A program made the translations under genes and the position numbers. The notes under the pieces are model-generated. The model had not been told where the DNA came from. It made no database searches and worked only from the letters and a program-made list of their open reading frames with translations. A stretch of DNA of 64,000 bases from Neophaeotheca triangularis (taxonomy: Eukaryota), in NCBI GenBank assembly GCA_054600435.1, contig BAAIJX010000020.1, positions 124,001 to 188,000 of the forward strand, given 5' to 3'. Numbering within the stretch: position 1 is the stretch's first letter; each line of letters begins with the position of its first letter. Shown piece after piece: positions 1-12,528 of this stretch.

Positions 1-1
1 T

Positions 2-208
2 GGAAGCCACCGTAGCATCAGCACAAACTACGACGAGCGTAGCCAGACCCGCAACCAGCAAGGCGGAGGGAATGGCGGACCCGATCGCCAGCCTCGCGGC
101 CCTCTCCCCGAGCGCGGCGCAGGCTTCCCCCGCAACGGCCACCACTCTCGTAACAGTGACGAAATCTCGCAGCAAAGTAGTGCCCCTGAGATCACCGTCG
201 AACACTAG
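2..208 (+). CDS. 3' end of a gene entering from the left edge; low-complexity C-terminus with RQPRGP..GF (SUZ-C-like) motif
   Basis: Frame from base 2 is open: GSHRSISTNYDERSQTRNQQGGGNGGPDRQPRGPLPERGAGFPRNGHHSRNSDEISQQSSAPEITVEH, stop TAG 206-208. Identity not determinable. Confidence 0.6.
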   Translation, partial: GSHRSISTNYDERSQTRNQQGGGNGGPDRQPRGPLPERGAGFPRNGHHSRNSDEISQQSSAPEITVEH

Positions 209-1758
209 AGGCGTAGACGGAGGAGTTCAATGTATTAACGCGATCCTGATCCAGCGCTCTCCTACATGCGGAGACCGGCCGCAGCGCGCCGCGCGGCAGC
301 TCTTCGTGGCACTATGCGTCGTACCCTTCTTCGCACCCACACACGCTTGAACGAAACATTTAGCATTTACGACAACGACAACAATGACCCGTCTGTTAGC
401 ACCACCACGACAACGGCCTTGGAGAGAACTAGGAAAGATACTTGACGGTGGGAAAGAGTAGGAACTTATTAATGACTAGCATCAACACACTACCCCGGCC
501 AACTTTACCTACCCGCCCAGCTCTTGTGGACGGAGCCCACGGCTACGTGTGAGGGCTCGACGAAGTCAACGAACACGATTATCACGAGAATGACAAACGC
601 TAGAGGCAAGAGAGAGAAGAGAAAGCATTCACACATCAATCAACCGCAATATCATATCCACTCGCACACGTCAAGTCACGTCACCGCCCCACGACTCGAC
701 ACCAGAGAGGGATCGCCCACGCCTTCCCTCCCACTCCTGCATGCAAAGCACCGCAAGAGACACTGCTGTCTCGCGAACTCCCCCGTATCATATCACATCA
801 CCACCTTGCTTGCCGCGATGTTTACAAATTTGTCTGCTTCGATCTGCATTCGGGATGGCGCTCAGACGGTGCACGACACGAAACGAAGAGCCTCGTTGTC
901 CGGAGGAGAGGGGAAGGGAAGTCAGCAAAACTGTTCGCGGCTCTCAATCACCCGCCTTGATCGGGGCACTTCGGGGAGAAATGGGTACATAATAATCGGG
1001 GTCACCGATGGGGCGTTTTGTTACCTGCCTGCCTCGGCAAAGGCCGTGGAGGATGGGCGGTTGCGGGTTGCTTGCTTTGTCTGTTTCTGCTTACTCCCTG
1101 TTTGCTTGTTTGCTTTCTTGCGTGCTGCCGTGGGGGTTGTTGCTCTGCTAGCTGCCATTTTTACTTTATTTTGGGTTACCGAGGAGAAGGTCTGAGGCTT
1201 GCTTTTGACCTCGACTCGGTACCGTGTATTATTTACCCATCTACCCATCCACCTCTCACCATCCTAGTCTCGGTCTTGAGAATGATGTCTAGTGAACTGT
1301 TGTGAATTCTTTGCGCTTTGCCTGCCTTTTCTGGCTGTTTGAAAAGAGCGTCGCTTGGCCTCGAAATCTTACTGTTGACATGTCTGTCTCTTGCTTGGAG
1401 ATGGGTGGTCTTGTTTCTCTTGGTCTTGGAGAGCTCTCGGCTTGGATATCGCGGACCATATACTTGCAGGTTTTTTACTGTGGTTTGCAAATGCAGAGGA
1501 CTCGCTCGGCCTGCCCGTTTCTTCTCTCGTTCTTTACCTCAACCACGTCTTGTTGCTGGATCTTTGCCGAATTTCTAGGTCTCGGAGTCTGTACTTTGCG
1601 CTGCGCAGAAGCTGCAATTTGAGGCTTGCTTTTTCGCGAGCACACATCACTGGCCTATGCCTCTCGTCCATATAGCGCCTCATGTCCACTTCCGTGTCGT
1701 AGCCACACAGATCTCATGCCCTATCGAGACAATGGCAATTCTCTCGGATACCCTAATC

Positions 1759-2631
1759 TCAAGCACCCTTCAACACAATACAAAAGTTATTCCTCTCCCT
1801 GCCCGACCTGATCTCTTTCTTCCCAAACTCCACGTCCTCCCCCTCCGCAGCAGGAACCCCCTTAAACCGCCACAAATAATAAACCAACTTCGCACTTACT
1901 TTCCTCCTAACCCTCTCATACCCTAAAACCGCCATAATCTCCTCCAACCTCTCCTCGTCCAAATACCTCGAATTGTCCACACAAGGCCTCGGCAAGACCA
2001 AAAACAGCGCCGGCCACAATCCCCCCACGCCTTCCCTCCCCTTCAAACTCAAAAACTCCCCCACCCGCCTCAACATTTCCCCCCTCCCCTTCGCCTCCGG
2101 CACAAAATTAACCACCAAACTCAAACTCACAACCTCAAACCTCTCCGCCTCGCCTCGCGGCAACGGCCTAGCCATAAAATCCTGCTCCTTGATCCCAGGA
2201 GCTTGCGAATTCAAATCGATCCTCTCAACCCCACCGCCAAAGACGTCCGAAGTCGAGCACGCATTCCCCGTCGCCAGCGCCCCCACTTCCAACAACCTCA
2301 ACCCTCCCGCTCCTCCCCGTGCCGAGAGCCAGTCGACCAGCACTCTCGAGCTATCGCCCCCGCGCTCCGCCGCTTGCCCCTGGATGCTCGCGCGCTGGTA
2401 GGCTTCCAGTCCCCCCTGAGCGGCGATTTGGGCGCGTAGAGAGGTTGCGAGGGTCTCGTCGTGGCGGCTTTCCGCTGTCGCGAGGGAGCGGTGTAGGGTG
2501 TGGTGGGAGCGGATTTGGGAGCGGGTTTGCCGGGCTGAGAGGGTGCGAGGTGGGGGGCGGGCTGTTGGGGGTCGGCCGGTGGAGAGGGTTTTGCGGGTTT
2601 TGGGTTTGTATTTGGGGTGGGTGGAGCCCAT
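1759..2631 (-). CDS. BMT2: 25S rRNA adenine-N1 methyltransferase Bmt2
   Basis: 290-aa ORF with GGLEAYQRAS, RGGDSS, LLEVGAL (SAM motif I), IDLNSQ, EQDFM, SLSLVVNFVP..RGEML, RNNFCIVL. Confidence 0.9.
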   Translation of the reverse strand: MGSTHPKYKPKTRKTLSTGRPPTARPPPRTLSARQTRSQIRSHHTLHRSLATAESRHDETLATSLRAQIAAQGGLEAYQRASIQGQAAERGGDSSRVLVDWLSARGGAGGLRLLEVGALATGNACSTSDVFGGGVERIDLNSQAPGIKEQDFMARPLPRGEAERFEVVSLSLVVNFVPEAKGRGEMLRRVGEFLSLKGREGVGGLWPALFLVLPRPCVDNSRYLDEERLEEIMAVLGYERVRRKVSAKLVYYLWRFKGVPAAEGEDVEFGKKEIRSGRERNNFCIVLKGA

Positions 2632-3431
2632 GTTTTGGAGTGGGTGAGACTTGAGTGTGGTTTGGGGTGGTTTGGGTGGTTGTTTGAGCTAGCTGGGGGT
2701 TGGGTAGTTTTTGGTCCGTGGGGTCTTAGGTTGATGGTGGTGTGGTCGGGAGTTGAACCAGCATATTCGGTCGCAGCAGTAGGCAGAAAGATTCCCGGTT
2801 TCCTGTGGTGGTATGTATCTCGTGGCGACAATGTCCTGGGGCTGTTCGAGCTTTGAATATTATTTCTGTTTTTATTTTTTTGTCGGCTCGTTCGTGTATA
2901 TAGGCCCAATCGAGGACCTATTGGAAGAGCACGCGAGTTTTCATGCGAATCCTGCCCCAGAGCAAAACATCGTTTTCGACATACTAGATCGTATATCGCA
3001 GACGTCTTGTCGAGGTCTGAGATTGAGAGATTTGGGTGCTGGATGTGAGGTTTGATGCTTTAGGGTCAGAGTTTGGTTACTGCTATGACACGGCGCTGGA
3101 AACAGGCGGCCCACGACTTGTGATGGTATGCATCTTGTTCATACTTCTGAACGATGTGGGCGGTATCGGTACAATGCTACTCTGGGTTGATCTTATGAAG
3201 CATCTTGATAGTTTTCTCGCCAATTCGGTATCCACCACAGAAAAGCGTTCTGCTCCAAGCTTACAGAGCACCGTCAACGCTTTGACATAGCAACACAGAC
3301 AAGGCGAGAGCACAGAGTCAATAATTTTGCAAATACAACGAAGCCAAATTTGGTCTTAACACCACTCTACCAAACGCCACGCTAAGTAACAGTCGAGCAA
3401 GCTGATCCCACGAGTCCAAAACTTCGCCTGC

Positions 3432-4588
3432 CTACTTCTCATCCTTCTTCTTCTTCCGTAGAGTCTGTCCCTCGCCGGCAAAATGCCTCTTCTGCTCCAT
3501 CTCATCCTCCTTCTGCGCATCCTTGTTCCGGAGCGGCTTGATCTCGTACCCAAAGAACAGCTTACCTGGCGGCAAACGCAGAGGCTGGGGTCCGTTGCGG
3601 TGCTTGATAGTCTTTGGAAGCGCCGAAGTGGGGATGGTGGTACCCTGCACGGGAGTCGAAGTGCCGGGTGTGGAGCCGGGAGTCGCTGTGGAAGACTTGC
3701 CTTTCTTCGCTACGAGCCTCTGTCCGCCGCCTGAGAAGTTGGAAGAAGCTTTGTCCTGACCGACCGCTGCTGTGTTCGATGACGGCGCGATGGAGGCGTA
3801 GTTGATCGCCTGCGCCATGCTGCCCTCGGTGTGCATTGTCCCGCCCTTACCTGCCATCTGGCTGCGTATGCTACGAGGAGTGCTGGTCCCGCTTGTCTTT
3901 TGAGGTTCTTGGTACCCGACTGGTGGTGCGAAGTCGACTTCTAGATCCGTCTCTTGTACACTGATTGCCTTTTTGTCGCCTTCGGGCTTGACTTCCAGCA
4001 CTGCTATCTCGAAGACTGTGTCGTTATAGGAGAAGGTGAAGACGTCGCCGAGAGTGAGGCATGAGAAGTTGCGGAAAGCTGTCTCGAGCACGGCCTTGGG
4101 GTCGGTGATGTCGAGGAAGTTGGTGTTTTGGGGCTGGAGCTTGATAAATTGTCCGGGTGGTAGGTCGGTTGATTTGAGCTGGAGCAGATCGCCGGGCTCG
4201 AGGATGAGGGTTTGCATCAGCCAGAAAGGAAGATAGCATCGGCCTTCCTCTGCAGTGAACTCGAGCACACCGGCGTGTGTGGATTTGGATGCCTTGCCGT
4301 TGATGAGCTCGAAGAGCATAGGATAGGTAATGTGAAGCTGAGTGAGCTTGTTGAGGGCGGAGGCTGGTAAAAACATCTTGCCGCCGTGGTTGGCCGTATC
4401 ACGCTCGGGTCCAGGCATCATGGCGATAGGGTAGCATCTGTAGTACTCGTCGAAGCGTCTAGGGCGGCCGCCTCTGGAGAGCATGGCGCGTTGGTACATC
4501 GCCATCGGGTCGTCCTGATCCATGTAGAATGCCTGATACGGATCAGTGAACTATACAATATGTAAGGCCGATATCAAGTACTCACCAT
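3432..4588 (-). CDS. UFD1: Ubiquitin fusion degradation protein Ufd1 (2 exons: ATG 4588-4586; 4532-3432)
   Basis: GGKMFLPASAL, YPMLFEL, THAGVLEFTAEEG, FLDITDPKAVLE, LEVDFAPPVGY, C-terminal SHP box FAGEGQTL. Intron GTGAGT(4585)..CAG(4533) gives MAFYMDQ. Confidence 0.95.
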
Positions 4589-5342
4589 CTTGAACGAGAG
4601 ACTTGTAGGAGAGGTGTTGAGTGATTTGAAGGTGGAATATCGTTGTTGTCTGCAGTCCTAGAGTAGAGTAGTGACACCAGCGAGCTGCAGCTGATAAGAT
4701 AAGACCCTGACGTAGAGTGCCAAGCCAAAAGTGTAGCAGACGGGTGAAGTCAAGTTGCCCCTGACCTTATAGTGTCAAAAACCCACCATAGACGTCCAAT
4801 GACTGAATCGATCAACTTTATCTATACGAGAATAATTTGTCTTTGCTATCTAACAGTACCAATCACTGGAACTAAACTGCCATCTTTAAAGGGTCTAAAG
4901 TCTCAGATAAAAACCCTCGCTCTCCTATCAGGTACAATGTCTTTGTAAGAGACAAGGTTTCTAGCAGTTTTGTGCTACTATGCAGTGCTTCCTCCAAGGT
5001 AAACAGCCTGTTAAAGCGGGTAACATGTCAAAGTTTGCCTTGGGTGTAGCGATTGCCTCAAGTGCGGAGCACTTCTTGCGAGGGTCCGCTACTCCCCGAT
5101 CGCCGTCCAGTCGCTGGATTGTAGAGTCGTCCAAATTTGGGGATCTTTACGACCCTAGGGTCGGAAGGACCATGGCGCGTAGAGAGGCCTCAAACAAAGT
5201 AGAGACGTCTTTAGCAATACCGGGCACGTCTGTGAGCGTCCACGTCCGCTGCAACACCGGGCCCATCCGCGAGGACTCACTGAAGAAGCCTAGCCAGTCA
5301 TTGGTAATTCTCTCAGGATTTCAAACCTTGCACCCACAAAAC

Positions 5343-6071
5343 TCAACCACCGGCAATCCCCTCCAACCTCGCAACAACATCCCCCACACACCCCTCCATC
5401 TTGGCCAACTCCACCGGCCCCATCTTCCTCAAAACATACGCCGCAACCTCCCTACTCTCCCGACTAACCGGCCTCCCAATCCCAACCCCAAGCCTAACAA
5501 AAGGCGTCTGCCCCATAACCCCCATAACGCTCTTCAAACCATTATGCCCCCTCGCACTCGCCCCCAGCGCAGCCTTGACACTCACAGCCCCGAGCGGCTT
5601 CTCCAGCTCATCGTGCACAATCACCAACCTGCCGTGGCCATCGGGCAGACTCTTGATCCAGGTGCGGTACGCGGCGGCGACGCCTTTGCCCGATTCGTTC
5701 ATGTACGAGCTGCTTTGCCAGAGCGTCCAGTCCGCGCTGGGGGTTTTGCTCACGAGGCCGTTGCCGAGCGAGCGTTCGCGTCGGAAGGGTGCCGAGTTTA
5801 GGTGCGTCGCGAGTTGGTTGAGGACCGTGTGGCCTGCGCTGTGGAGGGTGTTGGCGTAGGATGCGCCGGGGTTGCCGAGGCTGCAGATTAGCAGGGGAAG
5901 CGGGCGGCCGGGGGGCATGGGTGTCTGAGGGGACTGGGAGGGTGGTGTGGTCGTGGTCTGGGGAGTTGCGCTTGTCGAGGTATCGTTGTCGTCGTCGTCG
6001 TTTTGGATGGGAGATGGTTGTTTTGGCTGTGTCCGCTTTCCTCCGGAGCTCGGAGTTGATTTCGAATCCAT
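5343..6071 (-). CDS. PTH1: Peptidyl-tRNA hydrolase (bacterial-type Pth); start may instead be ATG at 5918
   Basis: SLGNPG..Y..T.HSAG, YMNESG, LVIVHDELE, ARGHNGLKS, RLGVGIGRP, VAAYVL motifs. Confidence 0.85.
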   Translation of the reverse strand: MDSKSTPSSGGKRTQPKQPSPIQNDDDDNDTSTSATPQTTTTPPSQSPQTPMPPGRPLPLLICSLGNPGASYANTLHSAGHTVLNQLATHLNSAPFRRERSLGNGLVSKTPSADWTLWQSSSYMNESGKGVAAAYRTWIKSLPDGHGRLVIVHDELEKPLGAVSVKAALGASARGHNGLKSVMGVMGQTPFVRLGVGIGRPVSRESREVAAYVLRKMGPVELAKMEGCVGDVVARLEGIAGG

Positions 6072-6778
6072 TCCGATGCCGACTTCACCTTTCAATAGTA
6101 AAGAACTCCTGTATATGCTAGTACACCTGATCCTCGAGATAACGCAGGTTCCATATCGTGTGAAAGATTAACCAGCAGCGTATTTCTATCGCAACAGAGA
6201 CGAACGCGTGTCCAAGAACAACAAAGTCCGTTGAAGTACAGTCACGAATGCTTCACCCAGCGGTGACCGAAAGCGGCAGCGCGGACACAAGGACTACCTG
6301 AGAACGAACGAACAGTCCCCGGCAAGGTTGACGTCCCGTCACTTTTCAGCAATGCTTTGGAAGTGCTGTTCAAGTTCGACTGTGTTCTCCATTATCCAAA
6401 CGAGTCCATATTTCAGAATGGAAATCCCCGCCAGGGACACTTTCCCCTTGATTTTTTCATTACCCCCAGCCCTCAGTCCTCTCTCCCGGCGGTAAATAGC
6501 GTGCTTAGGTGTAGCATATTTACGGCTCGAGGAAGGCTATGGAATCTCTCTACCTGTTTCACAGGTGCATGACGAGTAAAAGCCGAAGCATATATAAGCC
6601 GGGAGCGAGAGGCTAGGCCAGGGGCAACCAACCACCAAAATCTCCGACCACCTAGCGAGAAGAACACCAGTAGTTACAACTATCAAGTCGTACACAAATT
6701 ACAGCTTAGCAATATATACGTTCTAATTCCCCATTTCAACCCGCAATCGTATTCCCAACAGCAGCAGCATGAATCTTC

Positions 6779-8750
6779 TCAAAATTTCTCACCACTACCC
6801 CTCCCAGTAATGGTAGCATCAACATCGTAAAGCGGCTCAAGTTGCGCGCTCTTGCGCATCAGGACCCAGCGCTTGAACCACCACGGCGCGGCCTTGGTAG
6901 TCTGATAGTGGATAAACTTGCCAGTCGGGACGCCGAAAATGCCGTCCAGCTCCTCCAAAGTGCGCTGCTTGGTCTCCGGCACGAAGAGGAAGATCATGCA
7001 GAAGGCGACAATGTTGAGGCCGGCGTAGAAGCCAAAGGCACCCGTTTGTCCGAAGGCTGCGAGGATCGAGGGGAAGGAAATTGATAGGACTGCTGCCCAG
7101 AAAAGGCAGGTTGCGACCGCCCAGCCCATACCGACTTCGCGGTGTGATAGGGGGAAGACTTCCGCCGAGTAGGTAAAGGGAACGGGACCTTCCCCTGGAC
7201 TATAAAACGCTGCAAACAAATATATGAATAATGCAGTCAACCCCAAATGGGCGGGATTGGACTCTGGGATCAAGAAACAGAAGCCCGCGGCGAGAAGGGT
7301 CCAAGCCATATTGGGGAAAGTAAAGAGGAGGAGGGTACGGCGGCCGAAAGTGTCAATAGTCCAGATTGCGGGCCAGGCAAAGATAAAGTTGACAAGACCA
7401 AAGCCGAGAGAAGCAATAAGAGCTTCTTTGGCAGAAGCACCGGCGGAGGCGAAGATGGTGGAAGAGTAGAAGGCGATGATGTCTAGTTGATGGATTAGCG
7501 TTGCGAATCTGATTGGGACGGGGTTGGAAGGTGGGACTCACTGATACCGCACATTTGCTGGGCAATCATGACGGTAAAGGAAGCAGCGGTAGCCCGGCGC
7601 ACACGGGGTACGGTGAAGAGTTGGATGAAGCGGGTGATGTAGTTGGTCTTGCCGACGATGGCAGCCTCGACCTCAAGCTGGCTATGGATGTAGTAGAGGT
7701 CCCTAGCAGCCTGGATCGGGTGGTGGCGGAGCTTGAGCAGCGACTTGTAGGCCTGCTGGTACTTGCCTTTCTTCAAATACCACCGAGGCGACTCGGGGCA
7801 GAAGTAGATACCAAGAGTAAGCGGGACGGCAGGGATGAAAGCCGAACCGATCTGAAGTCTCCAAGTGATAGCGCCGGCGTTGAAAACAGCCAAGTTGGCA
7901 CAGAAACCAAGGAAGATGCCGAAAGCAGTCCACATCTGCCATGACATGACCAAAGCACCACGGATCCTAGCGGGGGAATTCTCGGCAGCGAAGATGGGCA
8001 CGGTGGAGCCCTTGAGGCCCATGCCGATGCCCATTAGCAGTCGGGTGATGAAGAGTTGTTCCCAAGTTTGCGAGAGAGCACCACCGATGGGGGTGAGGAG
8101 ACAGAAGATGGCTGAGACAAAGATGGTGCCGCGACGGCCGAGGTAGTAGTTGCAGGGGTCAGAGAGCCAGCAGCCAAGGAGAGCGGAACCGATGTAGGGA
8201 CCGGCGTTGACGACGCCGACGAGCCAGGAGTCACGTTGTTGGTTTGGGTGTCCGATATCCTCGCCGTGCCCGATGCCGAATTCAGTTGGAAAACTCAGGT
8301 TGGCGCCGTTGCTACCGGTTTGGTCCCAGCCTTGGACGGCGGCTCCGATGGAGCACACGATGATGGTGAAGTAGAGTTTGAGAGGGTGACTCCATTTGTG
8401 CTCGTTCTCCCAGCGGATGGCTGCCTTCTCGTCTTCTTCGAGTTCTTCAATCTCTTCAAACGCAGCGGGGTTCCTGGCGAGGAGGGCGCCCTTTTTGAGG
8501 AGAGGCAGTTCGGAGGATAGACCCTTTTCGTTGGCGAAGTCTTCGACCTCCTTCATAAGTACATCCCGGGGAACATCTGCGAGAGGGTTGGACACTCTAA
8601 TGATGGGGTCAGCAATGCAGTTTGTGTATGCCAGCAGTGCGCTTGGCCTTACTTCGCATCCAAGTTCTTATTGAAGTTGATCGAGTCAACCATAGAGGCC
8701 CGCCTGACCTCTTGTTGCCCGACCGTCTCGGTGAACTCGGCTTTCGACAT
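6779..8750 (-). CDS. MFS sugar porter (myo-inositol/polyol transporter-like); exons 8750-8653, 8596-7542, 7482-6779
   Basis: [40 protein letters not shown] (restored across intron 2), [33 protein letters not shown] introns keep frame. Confidence 0.9.
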
Positions 8751-10586
8751 GATGTCTGAGTAAAGGAGACGAAGCACCAAGCGTGCAGGAGCTCGATTGA
8801 ACAGATGAGATAGCGATGGAGATGGGAAAAAAGATACCTACCGGACGACTCTCGCGCCTTATTATATCCAACCTACCTGCGAGAGCAAGTACAACACGCG
8901 ATAGCAGATCAAACAGCCTCCAGCCACGAACGCCAGGACTAGACCCGACCCAGCGAACCCGACACCAATCTCGAGCCCAGCGAGCATGACATCCAGAGCA
9001 CCCAGACCGCCTGCAGACCCCAGCGCAGAGCGAGCGCACAAGCTATCGTACACCCACATCCCGCCTAGACATGCCCGTGGGGAGAGAGGGTAGCCTAGAC
9101 AGGACAAGCCGGGGCAAAGCATCAGTGCTTGCATGTGGAGAGCAAAGTCAGGGATCCAACGAGCACGGCGACCCCGGGGCTGGGCGACGCAGAGTGCAGT
9201 CTTTGCTGGCAGTTGACGTGCAGTTTCCCGCGCGATTTTGGTCTGGCCTCGACTTGGAGTAGTGGTCCGTAGAGCTTACGGTGCAGGGCAAGGCTACGAA
9301 AGCACTAATGCACTCAGGTAGTGATCCTCACCGGCCAAGCGGTCGGGCCCGGGTTCTAGCTGTGTTCTCGATGCAACATCACGCAGCTTTTTAGAGTGAG
9401 CAGGCCGCCGTCCGGGTTTCGTCGTCCGATCAAAAAGCTGAGAAAGAATTTCCAACGTGTGATGAGCGTTTTTGTCCGTCTAGTTATACGTGCCTGTTGG
9501 GGGATATCCATATCACATTGCCTCGTAGTAGTAAGTACCTAGACCATGGAGTAGTGGCAACAAGAACCGAAGCAAGACCAAGTGTTTCTCGGCCTGCTTT
9601 ACGGGCAGTCTTGGGCAGATAAACTTCAGTACGAAGAGGGTTAGCCAGAATGCTGTTTCGCGGGGGCCCACAGACACAGCTTTACTAGTACCTACCAACT
9701 ACCTACTAGTAGATAGCCTTTGAGAGTCCAAAGCGACGGGAGGATACAAAAGTATTTCTCGATAGCTTCTTTCACATGTCGAAAGCATCTTTCAACGACG
9801 GGATCATGTTTGCGAGGGACACTTGCGAATTCACCCAGCTGCAAGATGATCGCCCTTGTCCTCGTGACTACTTACTACCTAGGTATAGCAATAAGATGGT
9901 AAGGTATCATCACATCATCAGCCAGCGTCGATCCACTTGTCTATCACTGGGGTGCTAACTGAACAATAGTAGTAGTGTGGGAGTGTGGCTTGCCAGGATC
10001 GCCCGGGGTGGCCGTTAACGAATCTGCGAGGCGTCCAACTTTGAAAACGCCTCGTCGAACTTGACACAGCACGGTCACGTCGGTCGGCTTACGGAAAAAT
10101 AATCAATGGCCGTCAGCCGGCTTGGGCAGCAAACGACGACAAAAGCTGTCCGCGATGTGAAGCACCTTTTAACGTTACCCGTGTTGCCACGGAGATTTGT
10201 AGACAGACTTCTTGAGCAGCTCGTGCGTAGACCCCGCCGGATTCAGATGAGTTGCAGCTGCCTTTGTGCAGTGCTCACAGACGTCTGTTGTGCAATAATC
10301 TCCCCGTCCGCCGCGGGTTGATGAGTAGTAGCAGGACACAGACCCGTTCGCAGTGGGGACGAACCCTCTACTAGATTTTCACCAGTATGGGGAGCCGTGG
10401 GTGGAGGTGAAGTCCGTGTACTTTTGTTACATATACATAGAGGCTGTATGCTTGGCGAAGGAAAGATGTCGCCGGACACATCGGATAAATGGACAACACC
10501 AACCAGTAATTACGGTATCGACAACGGCGACTATTGAGTCCACATCATGGTCTGAAGTTGTACCTGGTAGACCCACTCCCAACCGC

Positions 10587-11620
10587 TCATTCTTTCTCTT
10601 GAAGAAACTCTACGACAGCTGTACCACGCTGTTAGCACGTGAAGATTGCGAAACCCATGCAAAACATGCACAACAACATACCTTTCCTGAACTCTTCCGG
10701 CTTCTCGCTAATGAGCCAATGACCCGCATCGACGTCCGCGCACGCGAATTTGGGGAAAAACCTGCCGATAATTGGCAGCATCTCGTCCGGTACGTAGTGA
10801 CTCTTCTGGCCCCTAACAAACAGCGCCGGCTTCTCAAACCGCACCTGCTCCGGGTCCTTGAAGGGGAAATCCGCCATGTTGTCCAAAGCGCTCGCAAGGT
10901 ACTTGATGGGTATGCGGAACTTTTGTATGCCATCGGTATCCCTGTAGAGGTTGGTGAGGAGGAACTGCCGTATGGGGAGCGCGGATTCGTAGTCGGCCAG
11001 GATGGTGTCGGCTTCGCTCTGCTTCTTGGTCTGCGCGTCCTCGATGCGCCGCATACCCTTGACGTAGTTTGCAAAGTCGCTTTTGAGTGCTGCGTCCACG
11101 GGGCCGTTGTCGACGCTGATGAGGTTGGCAATGGGGACATGCTGCCTCAATGCGACTGTCATTGCTGCTTTGGCGCCCATGCTGTGGCCGATGAGGGTGC
11201 TTTCTTTGAGCTCGTTTGCTGTGAGGAAGCCTTCGACATCTTCTGCCAGGGCTGTGTAGTCGTGCCGTGGGTTGTGTGAGGCATCGCCGTGGTTTCGGAG
11301 ATCGAGGGCGTAGACGGGTCTGTTCAGCTCGCGCGCGAATACCCTGGTTCAACTTAGCATAGATGCGCAATAGGGGGTGCTGCGATGGGAGCTTACTTAC
11401 TCATGCTCCTGTTGTTCTTCTTGGAGCCGAAGAGGCCGTGTATGAAGACAATGGGAGCATTCTTTGCGCCGCGGCCTTCAGGGGGTTCGTGAAGGTCGTA
11501 GGTCAACTTCATGCCATTGCCCAGTTCGGTGGTGGAAAAGCCCCGCCGAAGGCATTGCGAGATTGGCTGCTTGGCCGTAGGCGAGACGAGCACTCTCCTT
11601 GCAAAAATGGCAGTGCTCAT
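10587..11620 (-). CDS. Mitochondrial alpha/beta-hydrolase, ABHD11/YbfF-like; exons 11620-11397, 11343-10682, 10618-10587
   Basis: Arg-rich presequence, IVFIHGLFGSKKN, ALDLRNHG, GHSMG nucleophile elbow, DAGHW; two canonical introns. Confidence 0.88.
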
Positions 11621-11866
11621 GTCGAGATGTATCGTGGATTAGGAATCCAGAAATCGCAGAGCGCGAGAACAAACACGGCTCAGAGAGCTTGCAGCTTCAG
11701 ATCCAGCTTCGCGACTCGGAAACTGAAAAAAGCACCCCTCTTCAACGTCATTCCTCAAAAGCAACGAACTCATATGTTTCGTATATTCCAACAAACCTTG
11801 ACTCGACTCGCCCAAACACGCCTCCAGCCCTCGAAAAGTCTCCGAACCATATCAAAAACCCTCAAA

Positions 11867-12463
11867 ATGCTCCGAACAGACCCCAACATCATCATAACCG
11901 GCACACCGGGCGTGGGCAAAACCTCGCACTGCGCCGAGCTCGCCAGCAAAACCGGCCTCCACCACCTCGACGTCAACAAAGTCGTCAAGGATCACAACAT
12001 CGGTGAGAGCAGCAACGACCCAGACGACCCAAATACCAAAATCGTAGACGAAGATCGCCTGCTCGATTGCGTGGAGAATGACTTGGAAGAGGGCGGGCAG
12101 ATTATCGATTGGCACGCTTGCGATCTCTTCCCGCCGAGCATGATCGATTTGGTGTGTGTGCTGCGATGCGACAATCAGGTCTTGTATGACCGTTTGAAGC
12201 AGAGGGGGTATGGGGAGGCGAAGCTACAGGAAAATATGGATTGCGAGATTATGGAGGTCTTGCTGCAGGAGGCGCGGGATGCGTATGATGAGGAGATGAT
12301 TGTCGAGTTGAGGAGTGAGGGGACTGAGGATATGGATAAGAACCTCGAGAGGCTTGAGCAGTGGATCAAGAACTGGAAGAAGGACAATGGCAAGGAGGGG
12401 GATGTTGGGAAGAAGCAGGATGGGAAGAAGGATGAGGACGATCCTATGTTCTTGCACGGCTGA
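11867..12463 (+). CDS. FAP7: Adenylate kinase 6 / Fap7 (Hbr1)
   Basis: PNIIITGTPGVGKT P-loop, IIDWHACDLFP, LYDRL..RGY, KLQENMDCEIM. Confidence 0.93.
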   Translation: MLRTDPNIIITGTPGVGKTSHCAELASKTGLHHLDVNKVVKDHNIGESSNDPDDPNTKIVDEDRLLDCVENDLEEGGQIIDWHACDLFPPSMIDLVCVLRCDNQVLYDRLKQRGYGEAKLQENMDCEIMEVLLQEARDAYDEEMIVELRSEGTEDMDKNLERLEQWIKNWKKDNGKEGDVGKKQDGKKDEDDPMFLHG

Positions 12464-12528
12464 GGGTCCTGTGCTCGTGCCGAGAAGCAGAGTCTGAGCA
12501 CTTGCGTACGCCCTTTAAATCCAAGCGG

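Noticed and set aside
72..1700. Several short ORFs (72-350, 524-1195 and others)
   Set aside because: No recognisable motifs; composition looks like 3'UTR/intergenic sequence; the real frame appears to end at 208.
4980..5801. 273-aa plus-strand ORF
   Set aside because: Mostly the antisense shadow of PTH1; the 4980-5340 part shows no recognisable domain.
9459..9560. GTGATGA box C-like motif
   Set aside because: No box D (CTGA) at a suitable distance or terminal stem.
10353..11279. 308-aa plus-strand ORF
   Set aside because: Antisense shadow of the alpha/beta-hydrolase.
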